A DNA stretch of 64,000 nt from Eledone cirrhosa. Lineage: Eukaryota. Below, piece by piece: positions 37,484 to 50,882 of the stretch. Within the stretch, counting starts at the first letter, position 1. Each line of letters begins with the position of its first letter. A model generated the notes under the pieces. The model saw nothing but the letters and a program-made list of their open reading frames with translations. It did not search any database and was not told the DNA's origin. The stretch spans positions 3,410,001 through 3,474,000 of the forward strand of contig OZ024750.1 of the NCBI GenBank assembly GCA_964016885.1. The letters run 5' to 3'. The position numbers were made by a program, and so were the translations under genes.

Positions 37484-39457
37484 TACCCCTTATTTTATTA
37501 ATATAACTTAAAATAGGGTTCTTATATAAAATTAGGTTCCCTTTAAAATGGATGATTCTATTTCATAGAACCAGGGAAGGCTTGGGTCAGATTGGCAACA
37601 AAATGCTTAAATCAATATTATTGCAGACACTGTGATCCAAAGTGCTTAAGTAAAAGTGAAGATAGATAATGAAAATTGTAAATGAAAAATGGAAGAAAGA
37701 GAGCTACATATTTGTTATGTATAGCTAACAAACAGGAACATAAAATTTAGATTGAAACAATTAAAACTAGAAATTGAATCTAGCAGTAGCAGTGGCTACA
37801 GTTAATACGGAAAAGATTGTATATCACAGGCAATTTTTACAAAACTAATTCAAAAATTTGAACAAGGAAGCCTGAGTAAGAGAATGCTTTTATTTTTAAT
37901 TCTAAAGCACTGACACGTTTAAGAAGAATGGTTTGCTAGAATACTGTAATGATCAAAACTAAAGGCATATGATAGCCATTAAATATGAAAGTTTGCTTTA
38001 AGCAGTAACAACTGAGAAATAACTCGGAAAATAAATTTATGTAACATGTCTATAACAATTCTCTTAGAAATTTTTATAAAAGTTAATGACTCTTAACAAA
38101 ATATGTAAATTTTCTCAAATCATACAGTTAGGTAAACAAACTCACCAGTAATATATCAAAGAAAGGATATTGGTAATACAGAAAAATATTGAAAGAATCT
38201 CTCACAAAAGAATACCATTTAGTGCTCTCAAGTCAATAAATATGTTAATTCACCTCAATACACAACTTCCTTCTCTAATGAGATAAGTTATCTGACATCC
38301 AAACAATAATGTCAATTGATATTTCATCACCTTTAATAATCCTACAGGTTTCTCTGATCAAAATATTCAAACTTGTTTTTACAGCATTTGAAAACTGAAA
38401 ATGTATTTTATGCTGTTCATGGGATATATTCTCACATCCTCCAATATAGAATTCAGAAGTCTCGGTATTGTGAAGAAGATTTATTCCCCTTTAACATACA
38501 TTTTCCCCATGGTAATATGAAAGCTGAATTCCTATATTCCAGATCAAAGGAGTTTTAGGGTAAGGATTATGTAACTTTACATTGACTATTGCTCTTGCTA
38601 TATACTATATATAAGGAGAAGTTTAATTTTGGGATTAAATAGCATTAAAACAACATCAGAAGCTTTTATAGAGCAATAGGATCAGAAAGAGAACAGAAAT
38701 TTGAATTATTCAATCGTCATCATTTTTTTATTTTTCTTCGTTCTTCATGCAGTATCTTCTTCGAAGAACTCTGGCCATATTTCCTTATGAATATCTTGCC
38801 TTTACTTTCATTGATCTTTACTTTTATTACTTGGATGAATCAAAATATTTCATCAAAGAACTATTATTAATGAAAATTCTTCCATATCTGCATTCTTGTA
38901 CCTTTGATGACTACAATCAACTTCCATCTGTTTGTAGTGTGTACAAACAGTTTAAACAAATATCTGTTTAAATATTGCCACTGGTTCCCTCTAATATTTA
39001 TAACATTATTATTTATTACCATAGATATTCCGTACTTTAGTATTTCAAATGTGTAGTTTACTTCCTTGATGTTTTCATATACAAACACAACTTATATGCT
39101 ATCTTTTCTTAGCTTTTATCTACTCTAGGCATAGTATCATGATCAACAACAACACCATCAATATCACATCAAATATCACGACTTACTGTATCACTATCAT
39201 CACCACTATCATTCACTCCCATTACAATTCTAATACTAACTCCAATGAGCCAACAAGGAAGCTTTTGTGTGACTACATGTTATGCTAAAAATTGTAGCTA
39301 AATAGTCCTCAAATTATATACTACTGTATTAAAAAACAGAAAGACATTAGATTATGTAGTTTTAAATACATTCTCTCACAAAAAATGTGATGGTCACAAC
39401 TGGAATATTTAAAACACAGGTCAGCTCATTGAGAACTGACCAAGGCTAAGCAACAAT

Positions 39458-39640
39458 AGTTTCTGATTTAGACACAAGGTCAACAATTTGGGGGAGGGGA
39501 AAGATGATTAAATTTACCCCCAGTGTTTTACTGGTACTTTATTAAGGATGAAAAGTAAAGTTAACTGAGGCAGGATTTGAAATCAGAACATAAAGGGCCA
39601 TAACACTATGCTGTGAAGCATGTTGTTTGATGCTCTACCG
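39458..39640 (-). mobile_element. SINE family B
   Basis: gacacaagg...ctggtacttt...gcaggatttgaaatcag...gctctaccg. Confidence 0.75.
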
Positions 39641-39768
39641 TCCTTCACACTAAACAATAACAACACTAGTACCAACACATTTTCCATACTGTGTTAGTGT
39701 CATCATAAAATTCATCTCTAAACTAAGATTTGAGTTCCTCTTCAAACTAAGCCTTCTTTTCAGTCACC

Positions 39769-39974
39769 TTAACCTTATAGCAGCCATATCTGGCCAGAAT
39801 TCTCTCACCTCTTTCTGTTCAACCAACCATAACTGGCCACTCATACTTATGTTAAGGTATTGTTCTTAAATTAAATAATATCAAAGTCTCGTAGATTCAA
39901 TATTATGTGAGGTAAAGCCTTTACCAGGAAAATGCAATAGTAAATATAGAGTAATGTAAATGGTAAAGGGTTAA
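39769..39974 (+). mobile_element. TTAA MITE family 1
   Basis: ttaacctt...ggccagaattctctcacctc...ggtaaagggttaa. Confidence 0.85.
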
Positions 39975-40387
39975 GCCAACATCTATTTTAATTTCCAAAC
40001 CACCCAAACAAAACATTAACTAAGATGAAACCTATTTTCTAAAGAAAAGTCAATTTTTTTCTTCTAATTTAATTTCAGCAAACTTTTTCTCTTTATTTTA
40101 TCTTAAAGTGATTACTGTAATAATATTAACTTGTATCACGAGACGACAATGTAGTATTCGTGCATGAGATCAGGCCAAGTCATTGTAAATGTAGTCACTG
40201 TTGTATATAAAAGTACTAACTAAATATTTTTATAATTGAATAACATACTTCTACTGTAGTCATTCCAGTTGAACCCAGATAGAGAAGACCCTCCTATTTT
40301 TTCTGTATTTTTTCCCATGTGCAGGAAACAGGGAACCCAGAACTTCATTATCTAATGTATTTTTTTTTTTAAATGATAAAATGTGAC

Positions 40388-40605
40388 TTAACCCTTTAGC
40401 ATATAAACTAGCCATATCCAGCCAGAATTCTCTCACCTCTTACTATTCAAAGTGGCCACTCATACTTATGTTAAGGTATTGTTCTCAAAATAAATAATAT
40501 CAAAATTTCATAGATTTGATATTACGTGAGAAAATTATGTGAAGTAAAGCCTTTACTGAGAAAATACAATAGTATGTATAGAGTAATGTAAATGTAAAGG
40601 GTTAA
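40388..40605 (+). mobile_element. TTAA MITE family 1
   Basis: ttaaccctttagcat...aatgtaaagggttaa. Confidence 0.87.
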
Positions 40606-41310
40606 GGAGGATTTAGCTACTATTTTTAGCATGTCAAGTGACCACTTCTGCTGGCCAACACACTTCTAGCCACTGATTTCTATCCATTGAGGTAAATTTT
40701 ACCCAATGCTGTCATTGATGGCGTTATGCTGTTTTAACATCTTCCTTGTGTTTCCTTCTTCCCATTATTCTATATCTAGCTGTCAAAATGGTCGGAGCTC
40801 AGCCACCGGGGTCCTGAATCTTTTCATATTACCCATTTTATTATCTCAAGTATCGAGTTCTCTGGTGGGTTATGGTCTACCTGGTTTTTACTGCACCCTA
40901 TTATATATATATATATTGTTATACTCTGGGAGGGTCATGCTGCCAATAAAAACACATGCACTTGTTGGTTTTCATTTCAATTTATTATAAATTTCCAGTA
41001 GTTGGTTAGTTTGATAACTGGATGGTTGTTTATATATTGTCAAAGCCCTTTCGTCACACATTTTGTGACCTCCACAGTGACTAGGTTTTTATTTTGTGTC
41101 TCTCCTTTGTTCTGTCCTATATATATATATATATATAACGCTAACCTCAGTGGGATTCGAACCCAGAACATAAAGAGCCATAACTCTATGCTGCAAAGCA
41201 CGTTATCTGATGCCATTGTAATAGTAAGACAGGAGAAATAACAATAACCAACAAAACCACGACAGTATGAGAGTGGCAATGATATTTACATTGTGATAGC
41301 GATATCAGTC

Positions 41311-41497
41311 ATTATTGTTTCTACTTTTTGGCACAAGGCCAGCAATTATCCCAGTGTATTACTGGTACTTTATTTTATCAACCCCGTAAGGAGGAAAGGC
41401 AAAGTTAACCTCGGCAGGATTGGAACTCAGTCTGTAAAGGGAAGTAACTCTTTGCTGCAAAGCATGGCATCCGACCCTCTACCGATACTGCCAATCC
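41311..41497 (-). mobile_element. SINE family B
   Basis: Closely matches 16676-16863. Confidence 0.85.
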
Positions 41498-41900
41498 CAG
41501 AAAGATGGTGATATTGGTGTGAAAGTCGTTAATAAGAGGGATGGCACTGATAGTAATAATGGTAAGAACAATAATAGAGAGGAGAGCAGCTGTGTTGGTC
41601 AATAGTGAGGGGTGGATGGTATGGTGTAGCGTCAGTTGTATTAATAATGGTGTTAATAACAATGATCATATTGGTGCTGTGAGACATGGAAATATTAACA
41701 GCAGCATCATCATAATGGTAATAAGGAGAATAGCCAGCAGAGTAGTGACACTTAATGACTAGAGTTGCAGCAACAACAATAAGTGGATGGGGAAGGAGAA
41801 GATGCTGAATAATAATGAGAGAGAGAGAGAGAGTGCGTGCGTAAACAGAAATAATAACACAATAGGTACAGTAGATGGAAGGAATATATTAGTATATCTC

Positions 41901-42108
41901 TTTAATGTTCAAACCAGCCAAAACCAGCCAGAATTCTCCACCTCTTTCTGTTGAAACTGGCTGTAACTGGCCACTCATACTGATGTTACAGTATTGTTCT
42001 CAAAATAAATACTTTCAAAATCTCATAGATTTGATATTATGTGACGTAAAGCCTTTACCATGAAAATATAATAGTAAATATAGAGTAATGTGAATGTTAA
42101 AGGATTAA
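41901..42108 (+). mobile_element. TTAA MITE family 1, left TIR damaged
   Basis: Body matches other copies and ends gttaaaggattaa. Confidence 0.8.
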
Positions 42109-42131
42109 CACTTGAAATAGCAAGGAGAGGA

Positions 42132-42167
42132 TCTTAACATTTCGGATGCTAGTCCTTCATCAGAAGA
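42132..42167 (-). ncRNA. Candidate minimal hammerhead-like motif
   Basis: Minus: tctt-CTGATGA-a-gga-ctagca-tcc-GAAA-tg-TT-aaga. Confidence 0.45.
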
Positions 42168-42395
42168 AAGAATGAGAAATTAGAAAGATTGAAGGGACAG
42201 GCAGGGCAGAATCGGAAAAAATGTCTTAGATATATATAGTTCTAGGAAATGACAAAACAGAGGTACAAAAAGTCTTAGTTTCTTGATTTATAAGCATCTC
42301 TCTGCTTGAACACATCTTTTATACTTATATAGGTAATATAGAACATCTCCATTGGATGTCAGTATAAGCTAAAGTCATGATTTTGTATACAACTA

Positions 42396-42726
42396 TGTCT
42401 CTAGAACAATCTGTCTCTCTCTAGAACAATCTCTGTCTCTCTAGAACAATGTGCCTCTCTAGAACAATCTCTGTCTGTCTAGAACAATCTCTGTCTGTCT
42501 AGAACAATCTCTGTCTGTCTAGAACAATCTCTGTCTGTCTAGAACAATCTCTGTCTGTCTAGAACAATCTCTGTCTCTCTAGAACAATCTCTGTCTGTCT
42601 AGAACAATGTGCCTCTCTAGAAAAATCTGTCTCTCTAGAACAATGTGCCTCTCTAGAACAATGTGCCTCTCTCTCTAGAACAATCTCTGTCTCTAGAACA
42701 ATCTCTGTCTCTCTCTAGAACAATCT
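42396..42726. repeat. About 20-bp minisatellite
   Basis: Unit ctagaacaatctctgtctgt with variants. Confidence 0.93.
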
Positions 42727-44331
42727 AACTTGTTTTCTACATGTTTATAGTCACCATTTAGGTGATACTGAATCAAACAGTTTCCAGTGTGGGAAACTTC
42801 TCCAACAACACAAATATTATGAAATGTATGGAAATTATTTTGGTAATTATTTTTACACTGAGGCTCTCTATCTCTGAATCAAATGTCAAACAGTCAGACA
42901 CTTGTTTTCATTCTACATACACCCTTTCTCTTTCACTCTAGCTTTCTTTTTCTGTGTGATTATCCATCCCATACATACATTATATATATATATATAGTCT
43001 AACCCATGCTAGCATGGAAAATGGACGTATGATGATGATGATGATATGTATAAGTGCCTGTACACATATGTGATTATGCATGTGTTTGTGATAAAAACAT
43101 TGTTTTTGGCAAATTAGAATTTCAGAGAATAAATATTTTAATTCTAAGATAGGCACCTGTTCTAGACAAGAATTGAAATAAAAATAATAGACATCTACAA
43201 TATCAACTTATTGAAAATATCCAACTTTCATCTTTTGCATTAAAGTAATTTTTTATTTAGCATGATAAAAAAAAACTAGGTTAATCTATCGAGCCACAAC
43301 TTTTTAGTTTTTGGAAATCAGATAAAGCTCATCCAAGAATAACTATCTATTGTTTATTGAGATTTGGATATATATTTTACAGAATTTTAAATAACACTCT
43401 TATTCCTTTTGTATCTCGTAAAATAAAAAATGCTTTATGTAAAAAAATATTTAGCTTAGAAGCATCAGTGGGTTTCATCTCAAATTGGGTAAATAAATTA
43501 GTAATGAATTATCAGTGCATGTTACTTTTAATATATTCAATGGAGAAATCAATGAGATACAGAGATAGCAAGCTATCAGATTAACTGCCTTGGAATATTT
43601 AGTCTGCATTCTGATTTTATATTCCAAAGAAGTGAGGAGCTAATTTGAAAACCAGTTTTGGTTGTGAGTTACTGCTATTTCACTTTGTATATAATCACTG
43701 AGAGAAGCATGAATACCATTAACACCTTATTTAACCTCTCATAAAAAATTGAAACCTAGCATTCGTGGAAAATAAAAATCAATGCGTTTCATGTCACCAG
43801 TTGTTGTTCAGCCATGAGTCAGCTCTTCCTCAGCAAACCTAATATCAAAAGCATTCCAGCGATGACCACACCCTTACCATCTTTTTTTTCTATATCTCAA
43901 ACGCTATTTTCCAATATGTCCTTCCTGTTTTAACATGATAGGGCGTGATTTAAAGGGAGATTTTGCTATTATTTCCAGCATGACTGTCTAGAGGCACCAA
44001 TGTATTTTCTGTAAAAATAATACACTTGTCTCTTGCTACAATAACTATGAATCTCATATTGAAGAGTTGTGGTAAAATGAATATTAAAATATTTAACAAA
44101 ACTTCCAATTCCACATTCCTGCAAGTGTGTGAGGAAATCCTTGCTACAAAGATACATAGAGCCATTATTTATTCTTACTATAAGATTATAAACTTAGGCC
44201 TTTTCATAACAACCTGGCCAAAACTGGATCTGATTCTTTGAAACAAAACCACCCATTTTAAAGGGTTCCTATTTACATTAAAATCTTTCAACATAATCCT
44301 ATATAAGAACCATATGTTAAGTTACTATCTT

Positions 44332-44578
44332 CTTTATTCACTTATTCCTGAGAGGGTCGTGAGGGCAGGATCCTCAAACACTTCCTTCTAGCTGGTCCTG
44401 TCAGAAGCAACTGTCCCCAACTGATCCGGTTAGATCTTCAAGCGTGACCAGCCAAGTTTATGGATGTTATCCAACCATCTTGCTCAGGGTCTACCCCTGG
44501 GTCTCTTGCCGGTTGGTTTTACTCATAAAATTTGTCCAGTGATTCTTTCCCGAGACATTCTAACCACATGTCCATAGT
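44332..44578 (-). mobile_element. Rex3/Expander-like RTE 3' fragment
   Basis: Minus translation GHVVRMSRERITGQIL..KPTGKRPRGRP..RWLDNIHKLGWSRL; homologous to 53900-54183. Confidence 0.75.
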
Positions 44579-45772
44579 ATGTCTCAGGAAAGAATCATTG
44601 CAAGTTGCTATCTTAATATTGAAATAATAATTTTAGTAAATGCCTCAAAATCTTTTCGTTGATTAATTGAAATAGAGAATATTTCATTAGAAATATGATC
44701 GCTAAAGGACCTCATTTGAATTGAAATTAGAATTGGTTGACAATATGACCAGCACAAAATGAGATTTAAGAAATAATAATTATTTTTGGTTTCCATAGAA
44801 GATCATTGGTTCCCAGGAAAGGTTTGATTGGTTCTCAGAGAAGATTTGATTTAAGATATTTTGAAATAGTTGCCAAGTCATTTAACATTTTCATTACCAT
44901 ATTTCTAATGAAATACACTGCTGGTGTTTCAATTTATTTTTAAAATAACAAAAAATCAGGAGGAATTTAATCAAATAAGTTATTCACTTGTAAATAGAGT
45001 AATGTAAATGCTAAAGGGTTAAACTATTATTAATGTTGTTTCAAAATTCCATTATAAATACAGGTTATGATAGTAAACATAGAATTCAGCCACTGAACCT
45101 CAGATCTAGTTCTGATTATGAATAAATACTTAATGACTGCACAGCGATGGTCAATTCTACATTAAACTCAAGATATGTAAGCATCTTCCATCAAATAAAC
45201 ATTTAAAATTAACAGTTTTGTATCATAAATCCAGGGTGGTTTGCAGGCAGTTTGATATTGTAAGTGTTAAGGGATCTATTTTCCCTTTGTTTAGTATAAA
45301 TTATATAATATTGAAAGTTTGTGCTACACAACTAATTTGACAGTGTCTCATTATATTTTTAATATAAGGAATCTAAGCAAAGTTATTGATTAAAAGTTTT
45401 ATATTTCAGAAGATGAAAATCTGTTGATATATGACATATCTTTTATTCTTCCATGATATTTATTTGAAAGAGAACAGCAATTCCTCAGTCATCTTCTTGT
45501 GGCATGCTTATTCATTTTGCAATTAAATATATTCCTATATAAAATACAAAGTCCAATGTAGTCACTGAAGACTAGCTTTTTATTTATATTCACAAGCTAT
45601 TATGATATCATCATAACTCAAACGACAGACACTGTTTAGATATTGCAGCAGCTGGTTGTGCTTTTTAAAAAGTACTTGTAAATCTATACCGAATGGTGAC
45701 AGGATGAGAGATCTACATAGAAATTTGTACAAAGAATAAATACTCTATATATATAAATACTCTATATTATAT

Positions 45773-45999
45773 ATCATCATCATCATTTTACATCTGCTTT
45801 TCCCTGCTTGCAAGGGTGGGACGGGAACTGATTCTGGCTTGATTTCTACAGCTGGATGCCCTTCCTAACACCAACCTCATTTACAGTGAGTGCTGGGTGC
45901 TTTTTTGCCGTGGCACCTCCACGACCACTTTGCAGTGGAATGATATGGACCCCAGTCCTATTATCTCATTTCTACAGCTGAGTAAACTGGAGCAATGTG
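45773..45999 (-). mobile_element. CORE-SINE family A, 5'-truncated
   Basis: Near-identical to 3420-3655. Confidence 0.87.
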
Positions 46000-46650
46000 T
46001 GTATAATCAAGTTTTGCCTCGGATGTCAGGTTGACACTCAGCATGATATGGGAAAAAAACAGAATTGAAAGGAAGTTTCAAATGATGATGATGGTGGTGA
46101 TGGTGATAATAGTGACAGTGGTGATGATGGTGATAATGATGAAGATAATGATGGTAGTGATAGTGATGATGGTGATGATGAAGATGCTATTCAAGATGGT
46201 TCTAATGATCCATTCTTCAGCTGTTTTCCTCACAATCTCAACTACACAATAAGGGAAAATTTGATAAGAGATTTAACCAAAGTTTCCATAATGCAGGGGA
46301 TCTTTGTACATGAGAAATGGAAATTAATTTTTACCAAAATTTCAGCAGGGAGTCTTTACTCTGGCCAGCTCCATTTTTCACCTCTTTCTACACCCTACTT
46401 GTGTTTACCTCCTCCCATATCCTCCACACATTGATATGTCACACTCCACTATTTTTTTTCCCCCCTCTTTTAAATATTCTATCACTTTCAGCTGAAGCCC
46501 CTTGCCTGCAAGCTTTTTATTCTTTTGTTACAATATTTCTAATGAAAGACACTGTCTAAAATTTTTAACTCATTTTGAAAATAAAGAATTTGGAAAGATT
46601 CAGTAATATAACTGACTTTCTCATTATCAAACCAGTGTTTGAATCGTAAT

Positions 46651-46879
46651 TTAACCCTTTAGCATTTAAACCGGCCATATCCAGCCAGAATTCTCTCACC
46701 TCTTTTTGTTCAAACTGGCCACAACCAGCCACCCATACTTATGTTAAGGTATTGTTCTCAAAATATATAATATCAAAATCTTGTAGATTCGATACTATGT
46801 GAGATAATTCTATGAGATAAAGTGTTTACCATGAAAATATAATAGTAAATATAGAGTAATGTAAATACTAAAGGGTTAA
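46651..46879 (+). mobile_element. TTAA MITE family 1 (best-preserved copy)
   Basis: TTAA-CCCTTTTAGCATTTA...TAAATACTAAAGGG-TTAA. Confidence 0.9.
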
Positions 46880-48353
46880 AGGTTCTGAGAAAAAACTATA
46901 ATGGAACATTTTTAGATAAATATAAACATTTTGTAATATACACCTCAGTATTGTAAAACCAGGTGGTTTCAGGCAGTTTTCTCTCTCCTACATCAATATC
47001 TAAAAAAAAACAGGATTTAATATTCACTTTTTACCCATTTATTGATATAATATACTAGTTTAACTGATGATTAACAACTTTTCACACCAAACTGCCCCTG
47101 GTTCCACAATTAAAAAAATGCTTGTTTTAAATGTTTATATTTATTTTAAAATTGTCCATCACAGTTTTATGTAAAAGTTATGTTCCAAACACCAGGCAGC
47201 AGAACATTGAACTCACTCCATATTATCATATTACTCTATTTAGTAACATTACTCCAAAGACCCTTTGGAGGAACTCTATTTCAGCCACTTGTATTCGCAA
47301 TCATATTCTTTCGGTCATTACCCAAGATGGTCACAGGTAAGGATGGGCATGAATACCAAATTTAATTTACAGCATCTCCAATCCCCTTTCTACAAACCAA
47401 CTAATTATTCTTTATATACAGAACCTTAAACATCAGATTTAAAGATATGAAATAATGTTTTTACTGTAGTGGAATTCATTTATGTAAGAATAACTTTGGC
47501 AGTCATTTGTTTCACGAAATTATGAAGAATGTTCTTTTGAAATTTTTTTTGTATTTTATTAAATTTGTAAATTCTATTGTAAGAAAATTCTTTTTTTTTT
47601 TCAGAAAATATGAATCTGCTTACAATCTTTAAAATGTCATACTAAATTAACAATTTTAAATAAAAATTAGCATTATCAGAAAAAAAAAGAATATAAATTT
47701 AGATTTTCTTAATAGGAATTTCAAAATTTAGAATATACATTAAAAATACAATTTAAATATTAAAATTTGAGAATATCTTTCACATTTTTGGAGAATAAGT
47801 TTTTTCCATATATTCAATTTTTTTTAATTTTAGGATATATATATATTATATTTTTTTTTTTGTACAATACCTTTTCCCAGTACATATGAAAATATACCGA
47901 AATAAAGATCAATAGTAGATATTCAAAGGAACAACATAAGTAACTGATGTTCTTTGATTATTCCTTTCATATTCCTTCAGTTGCAGGCGTTGCCCTCTCA
48001 ATCAATAACCTAACTATAACCCACATCACCATAAACATTACTGTTGCTCTTTAATACAGCAACCTATCCTTTTAGATTTATTATTAATTTTTCCTCTATA
48101 TTTCTGCAATCAGAAACATCAAGGAATAGAGAGAGAAATGTTCCTCCCCGTTCTCTGTCAATTGTAAAAGAAATATAAAGAAAGGAAGGAACTTTTATTC
48201 AATTTTCTTCTTGTATTGACTCTTGAATTTTTCAGGAAAGCAATTATTTTCAAGTAGACTTATAAATCTTGTCATTTCTAACACTTACCTCTACAGTCAT
48301 AGTTGTAAAATAAAGGAGTAAATGTTGTTTTATTTGTTACTTTATATTCAGTA

Positions 48354-48620
48354 TGAAGGTGCATGGCTCAGTGGTTAGGGCATTGGTTTGCAATTGCGAG
48401 GTTGCGAGTTCAATTCCCAGACTGGACCAGGTGGTACATTATGTCCTTGAGCAAGACACTTTATTTCATGTTGCTCCAGCTTACTCAACTGTAGACATGA
48501 ATTGTGACATCACTGAGGTCAAGCTATATCCTTGGACAACATCAGTGGCATGGAGAGCAGACATTAGTATGCATGGATGACTGCTGATCTTCCACAAACA
48601 ATCTTGCCCAGACATCTCAG
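48354..48620 (+). mobile_element. CORE-SINE with a third tail type
   Basis: tggctcagtggttagggc...gagttcaattcc...ccttgagcaagacactttatttc, then a tail unlike families A and C; the 3' boundary is uncertain. Confidence 0.72.
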
Positions 48621-48667
48621 ATATAGTGATGCTATAATGATGGAAGAATACCACACACATACTATAA

Positions 48668-49161
48668 TTAACCCTTTCAATACCAACCACCTGAAACTAC
48701 TATATTTCTGATACAAAACTGTATATTTATATTTATTTAATAACCTTCCATCATAATTTTATTTAAGAACCTTTGTTATGTTATGTTCCAAACATCTGCT
48801 GCATTATCATCATTATTTAACTTCTGCTTTCCCTGCTAGCAAAGGTGGGACAGGTCAACATAGACCAAGTCAGTACTGAAGCAGGGCTACTGACCTCCCA
48901 GACTGGCCACTGGTGATGATAAATTCCGTTATAATGAAATTCACGGGTATAAAAAGAATTTGTTGTAACGAGATCAGCTTAACACATCGAGTGTGTGGCG
49001 GGGATTGAAACAAATTTTGTAAAACTGAAAAATTTGTTATAATGGTATTCGCTGTAACGGAATTTTACGTGTATTACTAAATTCATACAAATATTTGATT
49101 ATTTTTAAAATCAGTTTAAAATCAGTCTTTCTCATAAGAAATATGGTAATGAAAGGGTTAA
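48668..49161. mobile_element. TTAA MITE family 2 with nested insertions
   Basis: TTAA-CCCTTTCAATACCA ... TGGTAATGAAAGGG-TTAA. Confidence 0.72.
48921..49073. mobile_element. Tigger/pogo-like MITE
   Basis: aaattccgttataatgaa ... ttcgctgtaacggaattt inverted ends with internal (c)gttataac-type subrepeats. Confidence 0.55.
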
Positions 49162-49927
49162 TGGGATATGGGATACATCAATTAATGTACCCAGCTCTAA
49201 TTTGAGTTGTAATTATTGAAAAGAATATTTGGCCTTGAATTTATCCAAAGGAAATCTACTGTCTATGAACAAAATTAATATTTTCAGAAATAGAAATTTG
49301 ACTGCACATAGATTAAACACATGTGCATGCAATAGAAGGTGCACATGTATAATATAAAGTTATTCTTAACTTCTGATCTAGTCAATAAACACATTTATGT
49401 GAAATTAAGAAGATGGGTGACTTGTTAAAGGTCAGCAGTTCAAACCTAATACAGACAAAACATGTTACTCTGCTTTACTAAATCTGGTTAGATGAAAACA
49501 GAGCTTACTCATACTTCATGGTTGATCAATTTGTGTTAGAAACAGTAACTAACAGTAAAATTACTTGCTTCAATTCATATTTAGAATTTTCTCGCCAACA
49601 AGAATGTCGACATTGAAATTTATGGCTGTTTGGGAAGTGTTTGTTGATTTCAGAGAGGAACTATCTTGCCACAAGTTCAGTAACCATCCATTACTACAAA
49701 TAACGAAGTATTTAAAACCAAGCAGTGGAACATTGAACTCACTATTCAATATAAATGTCATGACTTATGTGATAAGACTTCCTATTTCTGATCAACAAAA
49801 GCATCTGAAAAGTCGATAAATTTCATTGGTTGTTCAACAGAAACAATGATAAAATAAGTTACAACCCTTAACTTAATATATTGTGGGTTGTATAGGTACA
49901 TACTGTAAACTGACAAGGAATAAACAA

Positions 49928-50050
49928 ACTCTTCTTCTCCTTCGCCCATTTATTCCTGAGAGGATTGTAGAGGCAGAATCCTCAAAAAAGCGCTCCAGTG
50001 CGTCCTGTTAGAAGCAACCATTTCCAACTGATCCAGTTGGATCCCCATGC
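49928..50050 (-). mobile_element. Rex3/Expander-like RTE extreme 3' fragment
   Basis: Similar to 44340-44440 and to the reverse complement of 54060-54180. Confidence 0.65.
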
Positions 50051-50279
50051 AATGTTTTTTTTTTTTACAACTGGTTGTCCTTCCTTTGACGAACCACTTT
50101 GCTTTAAAGCATGGACTAGGTACACTTTATCATGCTACCAACCCTTTTTCTCAAATATATATCATCACCGAGTGCTCACTCTGGTGAACCTTCAGTAACT
50201 GGACATTACAATCCCTATATATATATAAAATTAGTTATAATGACATATATATCTTTATTATATGTATATAGAAATGGGT

Positions 50280-50872
50280 TTGGTGCTACTGGTAACATGT
50301 ATCCCAGTACAACCTGTCTCATGGTCGGGTCGTTGGCGACTAAACTGGCAACCCCACCAAGGTATCTTGGTGAGGAGGGTGACTTTGGACATCCTGCAGG
50401 ACTAAAAACAAAACCTGTCAAAGGGCAAGGGAGCTCTTAAGAGTCAATAGCCATCCAAAATCACCGGGAGAGATGACCCCTTAGCCTTTGTCAAGGCAGA
50501 ATTCTAGGAGAAGGAAAACTCTGATATAACACCTGCAACTCTGATGGTATCCAATGATGTTGACTTGTTCTTCTTTTTGGTAAATATCATCTTGGTTAAG
50601 AGAGTGGGACTGGCTTTGTGCAGTGCCTTTGCTCACTATAAAAGCTTCACAGCACAGGCATTGCTTTATATCTGGAGATCTCTCTGCACTTGTCATCACA
50701 TGGTACCATGGGCCCTGCACTATGTGTCAATAATGGTCACAAGTGTAGTCTTTGTACCAGAGTTTTCAAGTCGCTGGCTGGACTAAAGTCACATTCGTTC
50801 AGCGCATCGGTAGGGGTTCTCCTACATGGATATAAAGTAGTGGCCGTACTCGAAAACGAGTTGGCAGCCACC
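50280..50872 (+). mobile_element. Bipartite non-autonomous RTE-derived element, copy 2
   Basis: Near-identical to 5250-5844; HKCSLCTRVFKSLAGLKSH relic; ends gcagccacc-(AT)n. Confidence 0.7.
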
Positions 50873-50882
50873 ATATATATAT

